DNA of 64,000 bases, from positions 1-64,000 of the forward strand of contig CAWJCY010000003.1 of the NCBI GenBank assembly GCA_963841565.1, read 5' to 3'. This document shows positions 54,230 through 64,000 of this stretch, piece after piece (the first letter of the stretch is position 1; every line of letters starts with the position of its first letter). The stretch comes from an uncultured Nitrososphaerales archaeon (GTDB lineage Archaea > Thermoproteota > Nitrososphaeria > Nitrososphaerales > Nitrososphaeraceae). Position numbers and translations under genes: made by a program. Under the pieces are notes generated by a model. The model saw only the letters and a list, made by a program, of their open reading frames with translations, was not told where the DNA came from and made no database searches.

Positions 54230-54784
54230 TTGATACCATATAGAGGACCAACACGTCAGGAACATACTGTGCTTCGCAGAGGCTTCGACCGTTGGGGAAT
54301 ATTTGATTACATTGTCGACAAAGAGATACTCCTTAAGGAAAAAAAATTGAACGGTTCTAAAATTAAGGAGGTATATTTAACCACAAGAGATAACTTTAAA
54401 ATGATACCCGAGAACACATCGTTATCCCATATTGGGATGTTAATTGGGCACCTGAAGAGAAGGAGTTTTGTCCCATCTATGGCGGGAGCAGACCTGATTG
54501 CTAGAGTAGGCGTTAAATTTCCGTTTGTTACAGTGAACCAAACTGCTGAGGCATTGGTTCTGTACGGTCGAGATATAATGCACGGTTCTATCGTAGACTA
54601 CGGGAATTTGAGTCAAAATAATACTATTGTTATCATATTTAATAAAAATCGAGTCCCTATTGGCCTGGGAATAACTATGCTGGCTATTGGGAAAAATATA
54701 CACAGATCAAATGAGAGAATCGTTATAAAGACAATAGCGGACGCTGGACACTACCTAAGGAATGAGCGACTGATAGACAGGTGA
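54230..54784 (+). CDS. NIP7-like PUA-domain ribosome biogenesis protein
   Basis: V...AE.L.LYGRDI, PIGLG, DAGHYLR. Confidence 0.75.
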   Translation: MIPYRGPTRQEHTVLRRGFDRWGIFDYIVDKEILLKEKKLNGSKIKEVYLTTRDNFKMIPENTSLSHIGMLIGHLKRRSFVPSMAGADLIARVGVKFPFVTVNQTAEALVLYGRDIMHGSIVDYGNLSQNNTIVIIFNKNRVPIGLGITMLAIGKNIHRSNERIVIKTIADAGHYLRNERLIDR

Positions 54785-54997
54785 GAGAGACATGAACTGA
54801 TGCTAAAATGAATGCAGTAGGATCTATCTCCAGGATATGCAGTGGGCAGCGAAAGAATCGCCTTATGAATGTTATTGACACCATTCATATATAGGCAGGT
54901 GCGTCAGCATTTGTAGGATACCGATCCCATTTTACTGGTATTAAAGTAAGAAAGTAAGTAGGTGAGTGAGCTGGCATATTTCTAAGATGAGATCTCT

Positions 54998-56062
54998 CTA
55001 TTTTCTCGTTTTTATTAGGACGAAAACAGCAACTGCGCCCATCATACCACCTAGAACCAGCAGTACCTGTATCGGAAATCCCCCAGTAGCGGTCGTAGTT
55101 CCTGCTGGTGCTTGTTGGGTTACGACGGCAAACTCCGTATCTCCGGTCCTTTGTATCTTCGAGAAACCGGCTATGATCATCTGTGCTGATGTTGGGGGTG
55201 TAGTAGATTCAACCGTGATTGGTGTGCCATCCATGGTGGCACTGGCTTGCTTTTCTGTTTCTTGGAACGTCCCCTCTCTAAAGCTGCTTTCTCCAAGAGA
55301 GTATATCGATACTACTCTCGCACCGCCTATCTCCTCAAATCCAGAACTTGCGGCGCCAGCTTGGCTACCTGTCGGATCAAAGAGAAAGTGCCATGTATCC
55401 ATCGGGTGGTTCGGGAGTCCTACATCCTGAAAATTAAACAGCGGATCTGCCATAATTGCTGCCGCTTCAGTGTTCATTAATTGTCCCGCGACACTTGAAT
55501 GATTGGCTTGTAGAAGGCCGATTGGGTGGTTGACGTCAATGTCTCCATATGGAGTAGAAAGCGTGATGGGTTCCGCTACGTTGATGCCTCTCCAATCCAA
55601 GTCAACTACATCAGCAGTTTGATTCTCCCTAGATAACGTAGTTCCATTAATAAATGAAGGCTTCAACTGTACGTTGTATGAAAGTGATAATTCATCCTCT
55701 GTTCCTTTCAGCTGACCTGTGTAGGTCAAACTAGCATTTGTAATTCTCACAGGACTATTCTTTTGGGAGGCAATCGCATCGTTGAATGCCTGTATAAGCT
55801 GTGGCATGCCATCTTCGTCGGCCTGCATAGTGAACCTAACGGTTTCAGATTTGCCATTAAACTCTTCGGCTAAAGGACTATTCGGAGGATACTTAATCGT
55901 CAAAAATCGAATAGCACTCCAATCAACCTCGCCATGTCCTGTACTAGGTACCAAAGACGAAGTCATCTGAACTGCATGCACACTCAATATCTGACTAAAG
56001 AGCAGGACCGACATCAAGCCAAAGGAAAGAATGAGAACTAAAGCCTGCACATGAGAAATCAT
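54998..56062 (-). CDS. Exported/surface protein with signal peptide and C-terminal TM anchor
   Basis: N-terminal hydrophobic segment, beta-rich body, FPIQVLLVLGGMMGAVAVFVLIKTRK anchor. Confidence 0.8.
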   Translation of the reverse strand: MISHVQALVLILSFGLMSVLLFSQILSVHAVQMTSSLVPSTGHGEVDWSAIRFLTIKYPPNSPLAEEFNGKSETVRFTMQADEDGMPQLIQAFNDAIASQKNSPVRITNASLTYTGQLKGTEDELSLSYNVQLKPSFINGTTLSRENQTADVVDLDWRGINVAEPITLSTPYGDIDVNHPIGLLQANHSSVAGQLMNTEAAAIMADPLFNFQDVGLPNHPMDTWHFLFDPTGSQAGAASSGFEEIGGARVVSIYSLGESSFREGTFQETEKQASATMDGTPITVESTTPPTSAQMIIAGFSKIQRTGDTEFAVVTQQAPAGTTTATGGFPIQVLLVLGGMMGAVAVFVLIKTRK

Positions 56063-56262
56063 CGTTTTCTTGCTTATATTCCTTTTTGAAGCTAATTATT
56101 GGTAGCATAATAAGAACAAAATGAAGAGGCAACTTGAGCTGGTGTAAACCATAGGAACAGTCGCAGCACAACTATTCATCACATGATGGCAACAAATACA
56201 ACCACAACTACATCTACGACGAAAATTTTACATTCCCAAGTACCCTTTTAAAACCCAATCCA

Positions 56263-57177
56263 TTGATCACTATTCTTTCTGGTGGCACAGGTTCCATGAA
56301 ACTGGTACGAGGGTTCAGTCAGATTGACAATTCATTCGCAGTTATCTTGAATGTTGGCGATAATGTTTGGAAATATGGATTGTACATTTGTCCTGATATT
56401 GACACCATATTCTATGGCTTGTCAGGGATGCTTGATGTAGGCCGGGGATGGGGGATAAAGGGTGACACATTCAATTTCATTGACCAGATTGGTGAACTTG
56501 GAATGGAGAATTGGTTTCGAATCGGTGATCGAGACTTGGCCACTCATGTCCTCAGAACAGAGTTGATCCGAAAGGGTATGACATTGACTCAGGTAACTGA
56601 ATATTTTCGATCGGTTTACAAGCTGAAGGCTAGGTTGATTCCAATATCGGATGATAGTATCGAAACTCGCATTATTACGAGCCGTGGTGATATGAATATT
56701 CAGGAATTCTGGGTGAAGTATAAAGCTGCCCCCAAGGTAGTCGGAGTAGCATACAGGGGAGCAGATGATTCACGGTTGACTGCCGGTGTCTTGAGGCTGA
56801 TACGTAGCTCGGAAAGAATCATTATTGCGCCCGCCAACCCCATAAGCAGCATAGGGCCGTCACTGGCGGTTCCGGGGGTCAGGAATGAATTGGCCAGGGT
56901 CAAGAAGAAGGTAATTGCAATTTCTCCTATAGAGGGCAAACAAGCATTCAGCGGTCCAGCCAGTAAGTATATGAAGGCATTAAAACTGGATATATCTCCA
57001 GTGGGGATAGCCAAATTCTACTCAGATATTATTGGTTCGATTGTAATTTCGAAGGCGGACCGGGCGTATGAAGGGATACTTAAGAAGCTGGGATTAAATG
57101 TTTATCTTAATAATATTGCGATGAACTCATTCCATGAAGAGCGCAGGCTAGCTGAGTTAGTCGCAGGCATAACATAG
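56263..57177 (+). CDS. cofD: 2-phospho-L-lactate transferase (F420 biosynthesis)
   Basis: LSGGTG..KL, NVGD, ICPDIDT, WF.IGDRDLATH, QEFWV, PANP..SIGP. Confidence 0.95.
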   Translation: MITILSGGTGSMKLVRGFSQIDNSFAVILNVGDNVWKYGLYICPDIDTIFYGLSGMLDVGRGWGIKGDTFNFIDQIGELGMENWFRIGDRDLATHVLRTELIRKGMTLTQVTEYFRSVYKLKARLIPISDDSIETRIITSRGDMNIQEFWVKYKAAPKVVGVAYRGADDSRLTAGVLRLIRSSERIIIAPANPISSIGPSLAVPGVRNELARVKKKVIAISPIEGKQAFSGPASKYMKALKLDISPVGIAKFYSDIIGSIVISKADRAYEGILKKLGLNVYLNNIAMNSFHEERRLAELVAGIT

Positions 57178-57195
57178 GGAATCATAGTTGGTAGC

Positions 57196-57949
57196 ATGGA
57201 TATATGTGCGATCATTCCAGTAAAGAGCTTTGATCAAGCCAAATCCAGGCTTTCAGCTCTCTTGGATAAAGACCAACGCGTCGAATTGTCTCGTTTTTTA
57301 TTGCAAGACACACTGAACACCCTTTCACTCTCCCGTGCATTGGCGAAAATTATTGTTGTGTCAAGTGATCCTTTGGTGAAGGAGATAACCCAGAATCTGG
57401 GACTGGAGTGCCTATTTCAATCTAGGGACAAGGGTGTCAATAATGCAGTTAAGTACGCAGACAAGTATCTGAGCACCAGCGGAAATTGGATCAGCATTAT
57501 ACGTACCATGCGATTTACCATTACTCTTGCCAAAAGATATCGACGGCGTATGCCAAGTAATCCCCAAGGAAGGCGCCTGTGTCATCGTATGTCCTTCATA
57601 CAAATTCGATGGAACTAATTTGCTTGTACGGAACCCATTTAACATCATCAGTGATACCAGGTATGATAGTGACAGTTTTCATGGGCATCTTGAGGCTTCG
57701 ATAGAAGCGGAGGCGAATACAAAGGTGTTACTATCCACCAGATTAATGATTGATCTCGACACTCCTGAGGATCTGCGGCTTGTCTTGAGCAAAGATGCGT
57801 CAGCAAAGAATTCGATCTCATACCTCCGGAAGATCAAGAAAAATAGTTTTGGGTCATCTACCACATCAGCTACTATAAAGACAGAAACGAAAACAGAACT
57901 GAACACAGACTCAACTGATTCCGCCTCGAGGCCAGTAAGAGATCTCTAG
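57196..57949 (+). CDS. cofC: 2-phospho-L-lactate guanylyltransferase (frameshift near 57500)
   Basis: IIPVK....AKSRLS, GVN.AV; next frame PCDLP, DGTNLL, SF..H, DLDTPEDL. Confidence 0.9.
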
Positions 57950-57969
57950 AGGCAGTGAGTCAATACTAG

Positions 57970-58626
57970 ATGTATCCAAATGCAACCCTCCTTGTAGACT
58001 GTATCAGCGCGATCTGTGAAGGTACCTTAACCGTCGATGGCTTCAGGGCCTTAGCTTGCATTAGAAGTGCAACTGTTGCAAATGAAATTTTGAAATTCCT
58101 ATTAGCAAGAGGAATAGGCAAGCGCCCTAGCAGAGCACTTCTTTCATTCTCGTCGACTGATAGATTGAAAGCGTCAATTTTAGCCGTCAGTTTGGGCGCA
58201 GACGTCATGAAAATCTCCCAACTTCTGTCCTGGAAAGACTTCGAAAGGTTTGCATCAGAGATATTGCTCAGCTGTGGGTTCCGAACTATTAACAACGTTC
58301 GATTCACCAAACCTCGAGCAGAGATTGATATAGTAGCAACCAAATCTCAGTTAGGCCTGTCTATCGACTGCAAGCATTGGGCCAACAGTGGGCGGAGTGG
58401 GCTATTTGCGCACACTCAAAAACAGATTCAAAGAACAGAGCGACTACTTAGCAGCCCCTATGAATTTAGAAAAGCAGTTCCTGTATTGCTCACCATTTAT
58501 CCGAACTTTCAGCCTTGCTTCTCCAATCTAGTTCCAATAGTAGACATAAGCAAGTTCCGATCTTTTGTAAATGAGATAGAATCCAATACGGACAATGTAC
58601 TGTCCATAAGCAGAGAAAAGATCTGA
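57970..58626 (+). CDS. Mrr-like restriction endonuclease-fold protein
   Basis: LSWKDFERF...L...GF, EIDIVA, IDCKHW. Confidence 0.75.
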   Translation: MYPNATLLVDCISAICEGTLTVDGFRALACIRSATVANEILKFLLARGIGKRPSRALLSFSSTDRLKASILAVSLGADVMKISQLLSWKDFERFASEILLSCGFRTINNVRFTKPRAEIDIVATKSQLGLSIDCKHWANSGRSGLFAHTQKQIQRTERLLSSPYEFRKAVPVLLTIYPNFQPCFSNLVPIVDISKFRSFVNEIESNTDNVLSISREKI

Positions 58627-58677
58627 CCGCCAATTACTCTTGCTTCATAGTTCTGAACATAGATTGAGGATGCTTGT

Positions 58678-59163
58678 CTATACGTTTAGCATTTTGTGGG
58701 CTTCCCAAATCTTGTCGCTTATGTAGTGCAAAGTCTGAATAACATGGCCTTTTTGTTCTTCGATCGCCTTGTCGCTATCAATTAATGCTATACCAACGGC
58801 TAAAGGTTTGTTATGTACTTCGTCCTTGATTACGACTATGTTCCCCTTCTTAAAGTTATCAAAAGCCGTAATTCCAGGCCTTGTCACCTTTGCTCCATTG
58901 CAGACAAAGCGAACAGCACCCATATCGACTGTAACCGACGGGAAACGAGCTAGGAGCGAAACATCTCCAAGAAAAGGAACAATGTACCTCTCCTTACCTA
59001 TTTGAACTGCAGTAAATTCGTCAGATTTGAAGAGTGATTCATCTCCATCTACTTGGTATTCTTTAATAGTCTTCGTTTTAGGAACAATATCCATGGGCCA
59101 AGAAGCCTCGATCCTCTTGACGAGCAATGCTGTGTCTCTTTTAGAGAGAAAGGTCGACTTCAT
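58678..59163 (-). CDS. PUA-domain RNA-binding protein
   Basis: VTVDMGAVRFVCNGA.V..PGI, KPLAVG, LHYI.D.IW. Confidence 0.9.
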   Translation of the reverse strand: MKSTFLSKRDTALLVKRIEASWPMDIVPKTKTIKEYQVDGDESLFKSDEFTAVQIGKERYIVPFLGDVSLLARFPSVTVDMGAVRFVCNGAKVTRPGITAFDNFKKGNIVVIKDEVHNKPLAVGIALIDSDKAIEEQKGHVIQTLHYISDKIWEAHKMLNV

Positions 59164-59202
59164 ATAATCCTGACTTCTAATCTAATCACATTTCAGTAAA
59201 CT

Positions 59203-60381
59203 TTAGTTTTTATCTGTTCTATTATTGATTGGTATGTATTCACAGCCCATGGGTCCACAATATTTACCAACATACAAAGCTTTCGGTCTGTATAGCGCAG
59301 GTCTGGGAGCAGCTTCAGCAAATTTTTCTTCAATAACATGAGTTGTCCATCCTGCAATTCTGGATATGGCAAAGATAGGAGTATTGAGCTCGATTGGTAT
59401 TCCCATGCTGTAATACAATGATGCACTATAAAGATCCACATTTGGATATATTGGCTGCTTCTTGCGTTCTCTCATATACTTCCTAGTAGCATCTTCAACC
59501 CGAGCTGTTATATCGTACCAAGGTGTATTTCTTTTTCTTGAAATAATTTTCGATAGTCTGGCTAGGATATCTGCTCTAGGATCGGTTGTCTTGTACACGG
59601 CATGACCCATTCCCATAATCCTTTCTCCATTATCAAGTCTGGACTTCACCCACGTATCGACTTTATCCACTTTTCCTATCTCGAGAAGCATTTTCATTAC
59701 CTGAATGTTTGCTCCACCATGTAATTCTCCAGAGAGCGCGCCAATAGCTCCTCCAATGGACGCGTACATATGTGCCCTAGTAGACGCTATTTCTCGTGCT
59801 GCGAATGTAGAAGCATTAAAGCTATGTTCGGCATGTAGGATTAATGAAATGTCAAATATTCTAGATTCCTCTTTAGACGGCATTTCGTCCGTTAACATGT
59901 AAAGAAAGTTAGACGCATGATTCGCGTTATCGCCAAGTGGTTCCACAGGCTCTTTTCCCTTTCTAATTCGGTCCCATGCTGCCACAAGCGTCGCAATCTT
60001 AGCTATAAGATTTATGGCCCTCTTGATGTTTGCTTCCTTAACATCGCTATTCATGTCAGGATCGTAGTCCGGTAGTTCAGAAATAGTCGACTGTATCACA
60101 TCCATGGGTCTGGCTGATTTTGATCTATTTTTCATATTGTCGATAACTGATCGAGGAAGATCTCTTGCACTAGATAACTGCTCAGAAAATTCTTTAAGAT
60201 TGACCTTATCTGGCAAGTCTCCGAAAAGCAAGAGGTAGGACGTCTCTTCAAATGTAGAATGGTTGACAAGATCAAAGATGTCATAACCACGATAAATAAG
60301 TTTACCATTTTCACCATCAATGGAGCAGATTTTAGTATCTGCAACTTCAATATTTCTTAAGCCGATATTCCTTGTATCCAT
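59203..60381 (-). CDS. gltA: Citrate synthase (citrate/2-methylcitrate synthase family)
   Basis: LIYRGYDI, LHAEHSFNAST, LSGELHGGAN, MGMGHAVYKT.DPR, YPNVD; start MDTRN at 60381. Confidence 0.95.
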   Translation of the reverse strand: MDTRNIGLRNIEVADTKICSIDGENGKLIYRGYDIFDLVNHSTFEETSYLLLFGDLPDKVNLKEFSEQLSSARDLPRSVIDNMKNRSKSARPMDVIQSTISELPDYDPDMNSDVKEANIKRAINLIAKIATLVAAWDRIRKGKEPVEPLGDNANHASNFLYMLTDEMPSKEESRIFDISLILHAEHSFNASTFAAREIASTRAHMYASIGGAIGALSGELHGGANIQVMKMLLEIGKVDKVDTWVKSRLDNGERIMGMGHAVYKTTDPRADILARLSKIISRKRNTPWYDITARVEDATRKYMRERKKQPIYPNVDLYSASLYYSMGIPIELNTPIFAISRIAGWTTHVIEEKFAEAAPRPALYRPKALYVGKYCGPMGCEYIPINNRTDKN

Positions 60382-60723
60382 CTGATAACTACTGATTTTT
60401 CTCACTTTCTATATTAAAGTAATGGACATATGAATTCTTCCAATATTCATTTCATGCGAAATAAGTATTCATCTCGAATTCTCGTATTTTTTATAGTATC
60501 TAGAAGAGCAAAAGTATGAGAATTATGTGTCTCATTCAAAAAATCCTATCTGCTCCCTACTCAGACTTTATGGAAATGTCGTTAGTGTTCCATCCGCGAA
60601 CCCCTTCCTTTTACAACTGGGAAACACTTAATTTATGAAAATATGCTTGCTTGGTAACAAACCGTTGACTTACACGCAGAGAACATATCACTTTTAAGTA
60701 GGTCATGGAAGTGAACTAGTACA

Positions 60724-61512
60724 ATGGTCTTTGGTAGGGACATTAGACTCAACCGGATCTTAAGGGATGGAAAAATGGTATGCATTCCTATGGATCATGG
60801 AATTACCAACGGTCCAATACCCGGCTTGGAGAATGTTCACGGAGTCATATATGATTATCAAGACGCAGGGTTGACTTGCGTCTTAATTAACAAAGGGATC
60901 ATAAAATCAATGCCAAGGGCTCCTAAAATTGGATTGATTGCTCATCTTTCGGCGAGTACGGTATTGGGACCTTCACCAAACCGAAAGATACTCATAGGCA
61001 ATGTAGAAGAAGCCCTCAGACTGGGCGCAGATGCCGTATCCATACATCTGAATATTGGTTCGAAGGAAGAACCAGAGATGCTACAAAAATTAGGGATCAT
61101 TTCTGACCAATGTGATGAATGGAGTGTTCCGCTCGTTGCTATGATGTATCCTAGAGGAGAAAATGTCAAGGATCCACACGATCCAGGGATCGTCGCCCAT
61201 GCTGCCAGGATAGGAGCCGAAGGTGGTGCTGACATGGTAAAGACGATATATACGGGAGATATTGACTCCTTTAGAAACGTAGTTAAATCCTGTCCAGTAC
61301 CTATAGTAATAGCTGGAGGTCCTAAGGCAACTAGTGATGCAGAAATCATGCAGCTATGTTATGACGCAATGGAAGCTGGAGTTAAAGGGATAACATTTGG
61401 TCGAAACATTTTTCAGCACAAGGACCCATTCATGATAATTAAACTACTAACAGAGATTGTCATGTCTGGAAAAACTCCTGAAGAGGCGAGGATGGTTTCT
61501 GCATACAAATAA
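60724..61512 (+). CDS. aroA': 2-amino-3,7-dideoxy-D-threo-hept-6-ulosonate synthase (DhnA-type aldolase)
   Basis: IPMDHG...GP, AHLSAST, MMYPRG, GAD.VKT.YTG, AGGP, GRNIFQ; immediately upstream of aroB'. Confidence 0.9.
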   Translation: MVFGRDIRLNRILRDGKMVCIPMDHGITNGPIPGLENVHGVIYDYQDAGLTCVLINKGIIKSMPRAPKIGLIAHLSASTVLGPSPNRKILIGNVEEALRLGADAVSIHLNIGSKEEPEMLQKLGIISDQCDEWSVPLVAMMYPRGENVKDPHDPGIVAHAARIGAEGGADMVKTIYTGDIDSFRNVVKSCPVPIVIAGGPKATSDAEIMQLCYDAMEAGVKGITFGRNIFQHKDPFMIIKLLTEIVMSGKTPEEARMVSAYK

Positions 61513-62560
61513 GAATAAGGTTTTAATCATCAAGCCGGATTTCAACGAAATTGATACTAGTCGATTTCTCAATTCCATTTCAAGTCAACACATTGTCTAT
61601 GCGAATCCAGAGCAAGTACGCGGATCGCCTGCAAAGACAATGTATGAATCAACGCAGGCCGATTATGTGGTATTTCGGGAGATTGAGCAACTCCGAAAGT
61701 TTAATGACCCTCAGAAAGTCAAAGGATTTTACAAAAAGATAGAGAGTAACAATGATTTAGATCAAATCATTAAAGCTGCAGAAGCGGGTGCCAACTTCAT
61801 AATAGTTGATACAGTGGATTGGAGAATCATACCACTCGAGAATGTAATAGCAACTTTGCAGAGGACTAATACTAGAATTTATGCTCCGGCATCAAGTTCT
61901 AACGAGATAAAGACCCTTTTCTCTGTTTTAGAGCTTGGGGTGGATGGCGTGATACTAACAACCAGAGACCTTAATGACATAGAAGGTGCCACTAAGTTGA
62001 TGGATCCTTCTAATTTGAGCATGAGTATATTGAAGATACGAGATGTAAGAGAGGCTGGAATTGGAGAACGCGTCTGCATTGATACAGCCTCAATTCTAGG
62101 GATGGGGGAAGGAGTCTTGGTGGGTAGCAGATCGAATTTTCTTTTTCTAATACATAACGAATCTCAAGGGTCTTCGTTTACATCACCCCGACCATTTAGG
62201 GTCAACGCGGGAGCAGTTTACTGCTATACCTTAGTCCCCGGCAAGAAGACAAAATACCTTTCAGAGATAGAATCAGGATCTGAGGTGCTTGTTATTGGCA
62301 AAGGGGGAAATGTCAGAGTCGTTACTGTTGGTCGCTCAAAAATTGAGACAAGACCTCTCACTATAATTATGGGCGAATCGAACGGGCAACGAGGTACGGT
62401 TATTCTTCAAAATGCAGAAACGATTCAGCTGATAAGGGATGATGGTTCATTGATTCCAGTCACCAATCTGAAGGTTGGTGACTCGGTACTTGGCGTTGTT
62501 CAACCGAGCTCGGGGAGACATTTTGGAATGGAAGTTTCGGAATATGTATTGGAGAAATAG
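61457..62560 (+). CDS. aroB': 3-dehydroquinate synthase II
   Basis: DWRIIPLEN, LELGVDGV, GERVCIDT, RPFRVNAG, VGRSKIE.RP, LQNAETI, GRHFG. Confidence 0.93.
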   Translation: MSCLEKLLKRRGWFLHTNKNKVLIIKPDFNEIDTSRFLNSISSQHIVYANPEQVRGSPAKTMYESTQADYVVFREIEQLRKFNDPQKVKGFYKKIESNNDLDQIIKAAEAGANFIIVDTVDWRIIPLENVIATLQRTNTRIYAPASSSNEIKTLFSVLELGVDGVILTTRDLNDIEGATKLMDPSNLSMSILKIRDVREAGIGERVCIDTASILGMGEGVLVGSRSNFLFLIHNESQGSSFTSPRPFRVNAGAVYCYTLVPGKKTKYLSEIESGSEVLVIGKGGNVRVVTVGRSKIETRPLTIIMGESNGQRGTVILQNAETIQLIRDDGSLIPVTNLKVGDSVLGVVQPSSGRHFGMEVSEYVLEK

Positions 62561-62640
62561 ATTGTGTAAATAATAATATCTTGGAGAGTCCATTTTTTTA
62601 AAGCATTTGGAATATCACCACACGGTTAAAGTAGACTGCT

Positions 62641-63513
62641 ATGCTAGTCCAAAAGAATCCATTGGATGATATTATCGCCGGGGATTGTAAGAATATATTG
62701 TCATGCATCCCAGAAGGCTCGATTCAAGTGACAGTTACTTCTCCACCTTACAGAAACGCAATCGATTATGGTATGCATGCTTCGGGCACAGGGGGATACT
62801 ATAGAGGTAAACATCAAGTAGAAACAGATCAGTATCTACTTGAGATGCAGGAAATCTTTAATGAAAAGATATACCGGGCGACCAAAGAAGGTGGATACTG
62901 TTGTATAGTAATAGGAAATGAAGTGGTAAACGGGACCATCTTGCCTCTGCCTCATATGTTACTTTCGAAACTTGTTCAGCCATTTGGTAACTGGCATCTT
63001 CATGAGGAAATTATTTGGCATAAGGTTACTGGTGGCACCAACAGGTACGGGTCATTTGTGATTAACCCGTATCCAAAGTATTTCAGGGCTAATATTATGC
63101 ACGAGTTTATCCTTGTTTTGAGAAAGGGTGATGTCTCAGTAGGGAGAAGAAGGAAAGAGGCCTTACCGGCTACTCACGAAGAGTGGACGAAGGAAATTGC
63201 TAATTCCATTTGGCATATAACTCCAATTCCTCCCGGCTATATACGTCATCCCTGCCCATTTCCAGAAGAAATTCCATATAGATTAATGAAGTTATATTCG
63301 TACAAGGGAGATACCGTTCTAGATCCGTTTAATGGTAGCGGACAAACTACAAAAGTCGCATCTCATTTTGGACGCCACTATATTGGAATTGAGATAATTG
63401 AGGATTATGTGAAACTTGCACTTACTAGACTAAATGAAGAAGAACTGCACATTCGTCCTGAGGCTCTTATTGCTAAGTGGAAGAAGATCCCATCTCATTG
63501 CATAACACGATAG
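62641..63513 (+). CDS. Orphan N4/N6 DNA methyltransferase (beta class)
   Basis: VTSPPY motif IV precedes HPCPFPEE and VLDPFNGSGQT motif I. Confidence 0.9.
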   Translation: MLVQKNPLDDIIAGDCKNILSCIPEGSIQVTVTSPPYRNAIDYGMHASGTGGYYRGKHQVETDQYLLEMQEIFNEKIYRATKEGGYCCIVIGNEVVNGTILPLPHMLLSKLVQPFGNWHLHEEIIWHKVTGGTNRYGSFVINPYPKYFRANIMHEFILVLRKGDVSVGRRRKEALPATHEEWTKEIANSIWHITPIPPGYIRHPCPFPEEIPYRLMKLYSYKGDTVLDPFNGSGQTTKVASHFGRHYIGIEIIEDYVKLALTRLNEEELHIRPEALIAKWKKIPSHCITR

Positions 63514-63650
63514 TCTGACTCAAACTTTCTGGCATGGGTAAATCTCATTAATCTACCTGTGTCAATTACGCTGAAGTTCAGGCTACCTAACAGTATTTCA
63601 TCACTATTGGAGAAGGCTCATAAATATAGCTTCAAGTTCTAATAGTCCCT

Positions 63651-64000
63651 ATGATAAAGATTTGTGCATCTATAGCAGAGATAGAATCAAAAGAATTCAG
63701 CAAGTCTGCTGTTCGAGCCTTTGATATGGGTGCCAGTTTCCTGGAGATTAGATTTGATTATATTGCGTCTAGCAGGTTTTCAGAAGCATTAGCCGTGGTT
63801 CAACCATTCAAAGCAAAATGCATCTACACTCTAAGAAGGATTAGCCAAGGTGGAAAATTTGATGGATCCGAAATGCAGCGTCTTAGTTATTTGAAAGAGT
63901 TAGCCAGCCAGTTGCCGATGATGATCGACGTGGAATACGAGACCTTACAAGAATTTCCTGAAATTGACACCTTTATCAAGTCGTTGAATACACCAATGCT
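63651..64000 (+). CDS. aroD: Type I 3-dehydroquinate dehydratase (truncated by the window end)
   Basis: Manual translation MIKICASIAE...LEIRFDY...IYTLR...QGGKF.G.E..R...IDVEY. Confidence 0.88.
   Translation, partial: MIKICASIAEIESKEFSKSAVRAFDMGASFLEIRFDYIASSRFSEALAVVQPFKAKCIYTLRRISQGGKFDGSEMQRLSYLKELASQLPMMIDVEYETLQEFPEIDTFIKSLNTPM

Overview
Archaeal chromosome segment, most consistent with a soil ammonia-oxidising thaumarchaeon (Nitrososphaeraceae-like; inferred from gene content such as aroA'/aroB', cofCD, TFB, fibrillarin/Nop5, Tsr3 and a Grs-like radical SAM enzyme, and from frequent TTG starts). Bases 1-10.2 kb are an accessory island. It holds a YcaO enzyme lacking the C-terminal PxP motif, a 39-aa ORF with its own TATA box missed by the ORF track (candidate precursor peptide), five divergent paralogues of one uncharacterised ~200-aa domain (one secreted, four cytoplasmic), a ~10-TM membrane protein and a DyP-type peroxidase. 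This is the best candidate for an undescribed system (peptide modification and/or signalling). Next come rpl40e, a GDGT-ring-synthase-like radical SAM gene, an HTH/Zn gene with an upstream GGTAA motif array, and a signalling cluster (cyclase-receiver fusion, receiver, MinD-like ATPase, DpsL, TRASH-like histidine kinase). The rest is mostly housekeeping, including tRNA-Val(CAC) and RNase P RNA. Many genes, including tfb, trm1 and cofC, carry frameshifts that are most likely sequencing/assembly errors. All family calls rest on motif recognition by eye; no database searches were run.
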